A stretch of DNA of 50,349 nt from a virus (Duplodnaviria > Caudoviricetes), in the IMG/VR virus record IMGVR_UViG_3300034161_000019, positions 1 through 50,349 of that record. One strand, given 5' to 3'. The notes under the pieces were generated by a model. It was given only the letters and a program-made list of their open reading frames with translations. It ran no database searches and was not told where the DNA came from. This document shows positions 43,389 to 50,349 of this stretch, in pieces. Every line of letters starts with the position of its first letter. The stretch's first letter is position 1. Both the position numbers and the translations under genes were made by a program.

Positions 43389-44429
43389 ATGAAACATATT
43401 CGCGGATTTGATGTGCTGAGGGCTTTTGCAGTCCTTGGCGTGATGTTCTTTCACCTCGGCTGGTCGTCGTTCAGTTACGGCTGGCTGGGCGTTCCCTTCT
43501 TCTTTGTCCTGTCGGGCTTCCTGATCACCGGTATTCTGCTGGACAACCGCAACAGCGGATCGGGCAGCTACTTTTTTACCTTCTACACTCGTCGCTGCCT
43601 GCGCATCTTCCCGCTCTATTACCTCTACATCGCCGTGGTGTTCGGTTGGTGCGTATGGTTCGGCGCGCAGTATGAAGGCTGGTCCTACTTTATGGTGTAC
43701 CTGCAAAACTACTTTCTTGGCGGTAACGGCATGTCTTTGCCCCCAGGCATGGCGCTGGGCCACACTTGGTCGCTGGCCGTAGAAGAACAGTTTTATATGC
43801 TCTGGCCTCTTGTGGTCTTATTTGCCAACAAACAGCAACTAAAGGCGCTGTCGATAATCCTGATTGCGGTCAGCGTTATATCGCGCTACTGGATTGCTCA
43901 CAACACAACTTATGTGGCTTTTGCGCCGCTGACTTCAAACTTTGACACGCTGTGTCTCGGTTCATTATTAGCGCTCGCTTATAGAGAATCGGCGTTAAAA
44001 CTGCGCGACCTGTCTTATTCGTTGGGCGCTGCTGGGTTGGCGGTGACTGTGCTGGCGTACTTCTTGCCGGGCGCATCAATGAATGGCACCGACAGCGCTT
44101 TCATGCTCGGACTGGCGCTTTGCTTCGCCGGTATCATTGGACTGACCGCATCAGGGCACTTGCCGATACCTGAATGGAAAACGCTTTCCTACATCGGTCG
44201 AATCAGCTACGGCTTATACATCTGGCACGCCTTCGCCTACATGGTGATCAATGCCGCCGCCTACAATCACTGGATGCCCGATTACGGCGCGCCCGTGATG
44301 GATGGCATACGCGTGCTGCTGACCTTTGTGTTCGCTACCGCCTCGTTCCATTTGTTCGAGCGGCCAATCCTTGGCCTGAAAGATCGCTTCAACTACCAAA
44401 AGCCGACCGGGGCGCCGGCTCAGGCCTGA
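43389..44429 (+). CDS. Acyltransferase-3 (OafA/Oac-like) O-acetyltransferase
   Basis: FDVLRAFAV..H, GVPFFFVLSGFLIT, RRCLRIFPLYY, HTWSLAVEEQFY, GRISYGLYIWH, SFHLFERP; about 10 TM segments, no fused SGNH domain. Confidence 0.92.
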   Translation: MKHIRGFDVLRAFAVLGVMFFHLGWSSFSYGWLGVPFFFVLSGFLITGILLDNRNSGSGSYFFTFYTRRCLRIFPLYYLYIAVVFGWCVWFGAQYEGWSYFMVYLQNYFLGGNGMSLPPGMALGHTWSLAVEEQFYMLWPLVVLFANKQQLKALSIILIAVSVISRYWIAHNTTYVAFAPLTSNFDTLCLGSLLALAYRESALKLRDLSYSLGAAGLAVTVLAYFLPGASMNGTDSAFMLGLALCFAGIIGLTASGHLPIPEWKTLSYIGRISYGLYIWHAFAYMVINAAAYNHWMPDYGAPVMDGIRVLLTFVFATASFHLFERPILGLKDRFNYQKPTGAPAQA

Positions 44430-44432
44430 CCA

Positions 44433-45866
44433 TCAAAGATCAAAGCTAACGCCATCGAAAAACAGTTGTGTGGTGGTAAGTGCATCCGCCTTATTCACCA
44501 TGCACACCTGGCCAGTCTGGAAGAACAGAACGCCCTGCCCTTTGCCTGACTGGTCTGTAGCCTGGACTACCCTTGGGTAGGATGGCCGAAAAGGCGCGGC
44601 CATTTGGGCAAGGTAATAATCACCCACCCCTGATGCTTTTCCTATCCCACCGCGTAGCTCGATCTTGCCCCCATCAAAGCTTTTTCGGCAGGCCATTGGA
44701 GCAGGAAGGCCGGCCCACGGGTTCATGGTCTGAACATTCTTCAGTGGCATTCCAGACGTACTTTTTACCGTGGCCCAGTTTGGATATCGCGCATCGAGAG
44801 GGATGCCGAGGAAGTCGCATATAGTCTTGGCAACGACAATATGACCTACATTGTTAAAGTGAACGCCTATCGGAGCAGTTACCATGTCATAGAAGTCAGC
44901 AGTATTAACCACTGTTTGATCAAGATGAACTACCTCAATGTTTTTCTTTGACAGACTGTAGGCAATGATTCGATCGATATAATCCTGGTAATTACCGCAG
45001 GGAAGTGAAACTAATGGAAATGCCGGAACCCAAAATATGAAGTCACACAAAGACTCGCCGCCTAAGGCAGAAGTCTGCTTATTGACGAAGTTATCCAGAG
45101 CCAAGATATAATCATCTGGAGATAATTGCTTACCAACAGCGCCAATAATATGGTTCGTCCCAAGGAATCCCATGATCAGCTTTCTTGCTGATGCATGCGA
45201 ATAGTTCACCTGTGCCGCTATCTCGGCCACGCGAGCCGGTGCGCTGAAATCATTGAAGCCCTGGCTACCTTGCGGAACAATGAAGATCATCGGCGACTTC
45301 GAGCCATACGAACGGGTTGCAGGTAGCGCTGTGATGACTTTGGTGCCATTCGTTGAGGTGATCGTCACCACGCTGGATGCAGAGATGTAACCGCCGTCGG
45401 CCGTCAGCATGCGCGGCCCAGTGGTGCCGCTGCTGTTCACGTCGACCACAAAGGCTATTTCGCCATCCACGTCTACCGTGAAGGTGCCGCTCGACAGCGC
45501 CGGGTCATACCAGATCTGAATCCGCGAGATCTCCCGGTTGCTGAAATAGCAATACTTCCCATCAGTGAGCACAAAGCGCTCGTCCGTAAGGCCTCCAGTC
45601 GTAAACGTGCCATTTCCGCCAAAACCGAACTCGGGCGTGAGATACAGCCTCATGTTCAGTAGCGACTCGTACATGTAGCCACGATCACGCCCAACCCCAT
45701 GGTCAAATGAGTTCAGGATCGAGCGTGACACCATCCCCATATAGCCGTTTTGGAAGCCGCCATTCTGTCCGTTGCCGGCCCCGTTGGAATCTGTGAACGC
45801 GATGATGGCTACTTCTTCGGACCTACCGGTGAATATGGACGACTTGCCGCGAGTGATACAGGTCAT
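44433..45866 (-). CDS. SGNH/GDSL-like esterase with fibre/RBP-like C-terminal domain
   Basis: Block I FTDSN, block III LGTN, block V GVHFN..GH; beta insert; C-terminal IELRGGI..LAQMAAPFRPS. Confidence 0.65.
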   Translation of the reverse strand: MTCITRGKSSIFTGRSEEVAIIAFTDSNGAGNGQNGGFQNGYMGMVSRSILNSFDHGVGRDRGYMYESLLNMRLYLTPEFGFGGNGTFTTGGLTDERFVLTDGKYCYFSNREISRIQIWYDPALSSGTFTVDVDGEIAFVVDVNSSGTTGPRMLTADGGYISASSVVTITSTNGTKVITALPATRSYGSKSPMIFIVPQGSQGFNDFSAPARVAEIAAQVNYSHASARKLIMGFLGTNHIIGAVGKQLSPDDYILALDNFVNKQTSALGGESLCDFIFWVPAFPLVSLPCGNYQDYIDRIIAYSLSKKNIEVVHLDQTVVNTADFYDMVTAPIGVHFNNVGHIVVAKTICDFLGIPLDARYPNWATVKSTSGMPLKNVQTMNPWAGLPAPMACRKSFDGGKIELRGGIGKASGVGDYYLAQMAAPFRPSYPRVVQATDQSGKGQGVLFFQTGQVCMVNKADALTTTQLFFDGVSFDL

Positions 45867-45879
45867 GGTTTCGCCTTGG

Positions 45880-46395
45880 TTATTTTACGAGGCCATCAAA
45901 TGCCTGCTCGCACGTCACTCCGCGGGCGTGGCTTTCCTGAGCATATCCAGCCAGATCGCCCGCTCTTTGGTCAGCGCGCTTGAGCAAGTCGGTAAGCACC
46001 AAGACGGCACGGGTAGCTGCCTGGCTTGCGGCGGCAGTGCAGGAATGGCCGCCTGCTTGACCGGCTGCGAATCGATGGGCAAAGTTGTCGACGTCGAGCT
46101 GCATGCTGTTACGAGAAGAGCGCTCAGCAGCAACATCAGCCGTGAGTTGATCGATCGTGCGCTGACCATCTTGAACCACCTTGTCGATTGAGTGTTGGTA
46201 GGCCTTCTCCCTAGCACGCGCAATAGTTTCATTTGCGGCCTGTGCTTTGGCGTCAAGGGTATTGCGATCATTCCACCGGCCTACCCACTCGGCATCCTTG
46301 ACCGACAGGCCATGGTGATAGACGCCGAACAGCGCACCGGATACCAGTGCGATCGCAGCTATATAAGGAAGGAGTCGGAGCCATATAGAAGGCAT
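45880..46395 (-). CDS. Rz: i-spanin (Rz, DUF2514-like)
   Basis: N-terminal TM, coiled coil, C-terminal RGVTCEQAFD. Confidence 0.8.
   Translation of the reverse strand: MPSIWLRLLPYIAAIALVSGALFGVYHHGLSVKDAEWVGRWNDRNTLDAKAQAANETIARAREKAYQHSIDKVVQDGQRTIDQLTADVAAERSSRNSMQLDVDNFAHRFAAGQAGGHSCTAAASQAATRAVLVLTDLLKRADQRAGDLAGYAQESHARGVTCEQAFDGLVK
45915..46169 (-). CDS. Rz1: o-spanin (Rz1) embedded in Rz
   Basis: Alternate frame inside Rz; lipobox LLVTAC; Pro-rich with a CLPTC pair. Confidence 0.75.
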   Translation of the reverse strand: MVSARSINSRLMLLLSALLVTACSSTSTTLPIDSQPVKQAAIPALPPQARQLPVPSWCLPTCSSALTKERAIWLDMLRKATPAE

Positions 46396-46436
46396 GAGAT
46401 ATACTCGCAATGGCGCTATTCAATGAGGGTTGATCG

Positions 46437-46865
46437 ATGAATGAAGCAACGAAGCAGTTGATTGCAGGAATCACCGTTTCTCTTAAGGGTGGTGAAGCTG
46501 CCAACAACGATTCGCCAGGAAAAGATGGTTACGCAGAGTTCAGTGTCGGAGCCACGAAGGTCAAGATTGACCCGAGAGGGATCTCCATCACCTTTCATGA
46601 GGGTGATTGCGATCCTGTCGAGCTTAGAATTGACCGACCTAAAGCAGAGGCGAAGACCTTCGGCGATATAATTATGGGTGGCTCCGGCGGCTCGGCAGTA
46701 TCCGGTTCTGCTCGATCCAGCGCTCCGGGGATGGCGCACGCAGTTGGTGCTGGCGGCGCAGGTTTTGCTTCGCATTGCGTAACAGTGTCGATCCCGGGCA
46801 TTCAGCTCCCTAGAAGCGAGCGAGTCACGATTAAAGCTGTAGCTCAGACTGATCAATCAGACTAA
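46437..46865 (+). CDS. Antisense hypothetical protein (moron) between endolysin and spanins
   Basis: 142 aa, GAGG SD, fills the gap and overlaps the endolysin stop. Confidence 0.55.
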   Translation: MNEATKQLIAGITVSLKGGEAANNDSPGKDGYAEFSVGATKVKIDPRGISITFHEGDCDPVELRIDRPKAEAKTFGDIIMGGSGGSAVSGSARSSAPGMAHAVGAGGAGFASHCVTVSIPGIQLPRSERVTIKAVAQTDQSD

Positions 46866-47410
46866 ATAACATTCAGCGCGGCGCTGTAGAAGGCTTGGCG
46901 CTCGGCCATGCCATTGGTTCCGCCATTGATTCGTCGGGTGATGCCTACGAAGTCGCCAGCATCGGCCAGCGCATTCAGGTTCCGCGAATTCCAGAACCAT
47001 GCCGCCGACTTGCACGCCCATTCGGCCTGTTCCAGCAGCTCAGGCGTGCGCAGCAGTCGGTCATCGCCGAACAGCGCCTTGCTGCACGCGAGGTAGTTGT
47101 CGTGCCCCGTGATCTGGATCAGGCCGCGACCCTTGTACTTTTGCCCGTCGCCGTCAGCCTCGGGCGTATTGCCCAGGCGCTTGGCCAATGGCCCAGTGTC
47201 GTACTGGCTCAGGTACTGGTCGCCGCCCAACTCGTGCACGTACCGAAACTGGCCCGACTCATGCCCTACCTGAGCAATGAACGCCGACATGCGCAACCGG
47301 GTGTTGATCTGGTAGCGGTCCATCGCCAAATTCAGCACAGACGCAAAAACGCCGGCTTGTTTGCCGGAGTTCGGGAGGATCTGCAGCAGTTGCTGCGCAG
47401 TGATGGGCAT
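46862..47410 (-). CDS. Endolysin, glycoside hydrolase family 19
   Basis: AFIAQVGHESG, YKGRGLIQITGHDNY, SAAWFW, ITRRINGGTNG. Confidence 0.92.
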   Translation of the reverse strand: MPITAQQLLQILPNSGKQAGVFASVLNLAMDRYQINTRLRMSAFIAQVGHESGQFRYVHELGGDQYLSQYDTGPLAKRLGNTPEADGDGQKYKGRGLIQITGHDNYLACSKALFGDDRLLRTPELLEQAEWACKSAAWFWNSRNLNALADAGDFVGITRRINGGTNGMAERQAFYSAALNVI

Positions 47411-47430
47411 GACGTTCTCCTCACGCTTTC

Positions 47431-48798
47431 TTATGAGTACTCTCGAACAACACAAAGGCCTGTGCCGCCGCTACCACCTGTAGCTGCTGGAGCGCCTGCC
47501 GTAGCAGCAGAGCCAGAACCCCCAGTGCCGGAGTTAGCACCGCCTGCTATGCCGTTGTTGGTCGCGCCCTGATACCTTGCGCCCTCGCCAAACTGAGTGG
47601 AGCCGCCCTTGCCGGATGTCGGCTGAGCAGACAAGAATGAATACATGCCAAGACCTCCGGCCGCGTTAATATCCCCGCCAACACCAGAGCCGCCTACGCC
47701 GATGCCATTAGGCACTGGCTGAGCAGTTGCAACTGCAATAGGGCCTACACTGCCACCGGTGCCACCAGTAGCAGAAAAAATTGCGCCAAAGGATGTGTTG
47801 CCACCATTCCCGCCTGCGGCACCGAGAGCCCCTGTGCCGCCAGCGCCGATGGTCACTGTTACGCCAGAAAACCCCGACGTGATCAGCTTGCGCGCATAAC
47901 CGCCACCACCACCGCCAGCCCCTGCCGAGACGTTGCCAGCCCCAGGAATGGGAGTGCCGCCGCCTGCGCCGCCCCCGCCTACAAGTTCTACTTCAACAAT
48001 GCGAGTTCCGGCGGTGGGGGTGTAGGTGCCGGTGCTAGTGATGTACTGGACGTTGATCAATCGGCCAGTCGCTTGTCCCAGTTGCAGAGCATGGCCCGCG
48101 GCCGTTGCGGCCCCGACGGTCAGGCTGGCATTAAAGACAGGCGCCAGGCCGTGCAAGGTGGAGTTGATAATAGGTGCCGTTGCCAGTGCAGCGATACTGC
48201 CTGCCGTGATGGTGGTTTGGCCGAACGCGACGGTAACCGCGTACAGACCAATGTAGCCTGCATCCGGGGCCGGAGTTACCTGGCTGCCCGTGGTCGCGGA
48301 AGCGCCTGCTTTGACCGCAACAACGGCGGAGCCCTTGCGCACGGTATTCTGGGTCAGGCCGTTGTTACCTTGGCCGCTGTACGGCAGCGCAGGGTTGGCA
48401 GAGTTGTAATAAGGCAGCAGGACCGGCGTGGCGTCGGTGTCCTGATAGGTGACTTGCACCAGATAGTTTATGGACTGACCGGTTGTCCCGGGCGCTGGGC
48501 AGCTGAGCGTGACACCATCGAGCAGGATGCCCTGCTTGAGAATCGAGTGCGTGGTGTCCGCCGGCAGCGTCGAAAACACCAGAGAGTCGATCACTGCCAA
48601 GCTGTAGATCTCGCCAGGCGCGCAGAGAACCTGAAGGGATGCTGGACCGGTTGGCGTTACGGCAAATCCGCTGGCCATGGTGCTGCTGCCGAGCAGCGCA
48701 GACGCCAGTTTGGCCGCGCCAATCATGGAGTCCTTGGTCATCTGCAGCAGGGTGGTTTCTGGCAGCAGCTGCCCAGGGTAAATGATTTGTCTGTCCAT
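47431..48798 (-). CDS. Tail fibre protein with Gly-rich C-terminal domain
   Basis: N-terminal baseplate anchor (MDRQIIYPGQ), TYTPTAGT..VELVGGGGAGG repeats, ends GLCVVREY. Confidence 0.8.
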   Translation of the reverse strand: MDRQIIYPGQLLPETTLLQMTKDSMIGAAKLASALLGSSTMASGFAVTPTGPASLQVLCAPGEIYSLAVIDSLVFSTLPADTTHSILKQGILLDGVTLSCPAPGTTGQSINYLVQVTYQDTDATPVLLPYYNSANPALPYSGQGNNGLTQNTVRKGSAVVAVKAGASATTGSQVTPAPDAGYIGLYAVTVAFGQTTITAGSIAALATAPIINSTLHGLAPVFNASLTVGAATAAGHALQLGQATGRLINVQYITSTGTYTPTAGTRIVEVELVGGGGAGGGTPIPGAGNVSAGAGGGGGGYARKLITSGFSGVTVTIGAGGTGALGAAGGNGGNTSFGAIFSATGGTGGSVGPIAVATAQPVPNGIGVGGSGVGGDINAAGGLGMYSFLSAQPTSGKGGSTQFGEGARYQGATNNGIAGGANSGTGGSGSAATAGAPAATGGSGGTGLCVVREYS

Positions 48799-48808
48799 GG
48801 AGTCCCCA

Positions 48809-48834
48809 ATAAAAAGCCCGCTCAAGGCGGGCTA
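48809..48834 (-). terminator. Terminator between wedge and fibre genes
   Basis: AGCCCGC-CTTGA-GCGGGCT followed by TTTT. Confidence 0.65.
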
Positions 48835-48853
48835 TCGAGTTGAATGAGTGGAG

Positions 48854-49510
48854 TTAGTTGGTGATCCGATACCAGACCGTCGAACCGTACATCTTTGTCT
48901 GTTCGATCGCGGCGACGATATCGGCATCCGATACGGGCGGCGCCAACTGGGAAGATGGAACAACCCAGCTGGTCATTGAGAGCCCAAACCAATTGGTATG
49001 GATGCCGGGCAGGTTCCCGGGGCCGGATCCGATCGGCCGATATGCCGTCACAAAGGCCTGATACGGGCAGCTTGTAGAGCCGACAGGCCCCGCTACTCCA
49101 AGATAAAGAGTTGCGCCCAGACAGCCGCAGTCGTCAGGCTTTGCCGGCTCTATAATCAAAGGGTGCCGGCCAGTCAGGTCAAACAGCACTTGGTCAATGC
49201 TGGGGCGCGTGGCGCGCGCCCTGAAAATGTTGATCAGGATGCGGTTGAGATAACTGGCATCAAGCTGTCCCGATAGGCGCAGCAGGTTGCTGCCGAAAAA
49301 GTCCAGCCCGATCAGGTCCAGCCAGCCATCCGTGGCCGTTTTGATCCGGGTCTGTCTTTTCGCGTAGAGGTATAGGGTGAACCCCCAGGACAGCGAAGTT
49401 GCATAAGCCCAAAGGGCTGCATCACGGATCGGGTTGTTATCGCCAAACCACCCGAACGGCAGCAGGTTTTTAAGCCTGCCGAACATATCTGTTTGGTCGC
49501 CAATGCTCAT
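48854..49510 (-). CDS. Baseplate wedge protein (gpI-like)
   Basis: QTRIKTATDGWLDLIGLDFFG..R...D.SY.NRI; follows J. Confidence 0.75.
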   Translation of the reverse strand: MSIGDQTDMFGRLKNLLPFGWFGDNNPIRDAALWAYATSLSWGFTLYLYAKRQTRIKTATDGWLDLIGLDFFGSNLLRLSGQLDASYLNRILINIFRARATRPSIDQVLFDLTGRHPLIIEPAKPDDCGCLGATLYLGVAGPVGSTSCPYQAFVTAYRPIGSGPGNLPGIHTNWFGLSMTSWVVPSSQLAPPVSDADIVAAIEQTKMYGSTVWYRITN

Positions 49511-50349
49511 TTACGCCACCGTCACTGTGCCGGGTCGAATGACCTGTTTGTTGGTTGCGCCGAGATCGGCGGTCCCGCCGTTGAGCAGAACGCCGGAAAC
49601 GTTGGTGATCGCCGGGCTAACACCGTAGGCAATGGCGGCGAGCTGGGTGAAAGGCAGTATCTGGCCGAGGGCAAGCTTCGAAATGTAGGCCTGAATCGCC
49701 GTTGTGACATTGGCCACCACCACGCTGTGCGTGACAGTGGCATCGGTGGCGATTGTCATCCCGACGTTGGCCGTGACCAGGACAGGCCCGAACACCCCAT
49801 AACGAGTGGTAAAACCGCGAACCGACTCGATAGCCGCGCCAGCCGATACCAAGAACGCCCCAGAAGGCGCCCCGCTTCCGTCATCGACCACTGCATAGAA
49901 GTAGCCGTACAGCGTGTTGCCGCTGTAATCCTGGTTTTCAGCCAGGGTGAACGACACACCAGGCTGCATGGAAGCAAGCGCATAAGCGATAGCCGATTTG
50001 GTCGCCTTTGAAAGCGACTGCACCCACAGCACAAACCTGGCGCGAAACGCCGAGTCTCCTTCCGGGTCAACACCGTTGGTGAAAACCGCAGAGTTCGTAA
50101 CCGTGTCAACGCCGCTGATGCTACCGACGATCACTGTGACCGTGCCGATCAAGGCGTTTCCGGCCGCGCCCGCTGTGCTGGCCATGACCGGCACCGTAGT
50201 CGACGCAGTGCCGGCGGGGATCAGATAACCGCCCAGCGTGGCGTTGTAGAGAGCATTGGTGGTGTCGATCGTCACTGCATATTGCTGCGAGCCATCGGTA
50301 GAACCGACCAAAGCGCCAATCGGTATCAGCGCAGAAGTGGTTGGCGTGA
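49511..50349 (-). CDS. Baseplate J-like protein, C-terminal part
   Basis: GAAGN, FTNGVDPEGDSAFRARF, C-terminal VIRPGTVTV. Confidence 0.85.
   Translation of the reverse strand, partial: TPTTSALIPIGALVGSTDGSQQYAVTIDTTNALYNATLGGYLIPAGTASTTVPVMASTAGAAGNALIGTVTVIVGSISGVDTVTNSAVFTNGVDPEGDSAFRARFVLWVQSLSKATKSAIAYALASMQPGVSFTLAENQDYSGNTLYGYFYAVVDDGSGAPSGAFLVSAGAAIESVRGFTTRYGVFGPVLVTANVGMTIATDATVTHSVVVANVTTAIQAYISKLALGQILPFTQLAAIAYGVSPAITNVSGVLLNGGTADLGATNKQVIRPGTVTVA
50223..50349. repeat. Terminal direct repeat, copy 2
   Basis: Identical to 1-127. Confidence 0.95.

Noticed and set aside
44433-48798. Diversity-generating retroelement or invertible fibre cassette
   Set aside because: No reverse transcriptase, invertase, or TR/VR repeat pair was seen.

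Overview
This window is a complete, circularly permuted temperate phage genome of about 50,222 bp; bases 1-127 repeat at 50223-50349 as an assembly overlap. The host is probably Pseudomonas, inferred from the tmRNA-type att core and the gene families. The layout is lambdoid. An immunity switch (cro, cI, five operators) sits at about 29.4-30.6 kb. The + strand early-left operon carries many small genes, a recombination pair, xis and int, and ends at an intact attP matching the 3' end of tmRNA (ssrA). The - strand early-right operon carries cII-like, O- and P-like, TraR, ninB, ninG, two HNH genes, DUF5664, a metallophosphoesterase and a Q-like gene. The - strand late operon runs pR', a non-coding RNA cassette, holins, terminase, portal, scaffold, a P22-type coat, contractile tail and baseplate, a Gly-rich fibre, a GH19 endolysin, spanins and an SGNH-like esterase. 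The most notable leads are: (1) a convergent acyltransferase-3 / SGNH-esterase pair beside attP, a candidate acetyl writer/eraser system for the surface receptor; (2) a terminator-bounded late RNA cassette with a short-D-arm tRNA-Gly and a C4-type RNA, although no antirepressor is recognisable; (3) an HNH cassette that appears to have replaced the 3' half of ninG and left the old C-terminus as a mini-ORF; (4) structured leaders, namely a pseudoknot before the tail chaperone, three GGAU hairpins before the scaffold gene, and a switch-like RNA with a start-stop minigene. All calls come from motifs, synteny and pairing read by eye; no searches or folding programs were run.
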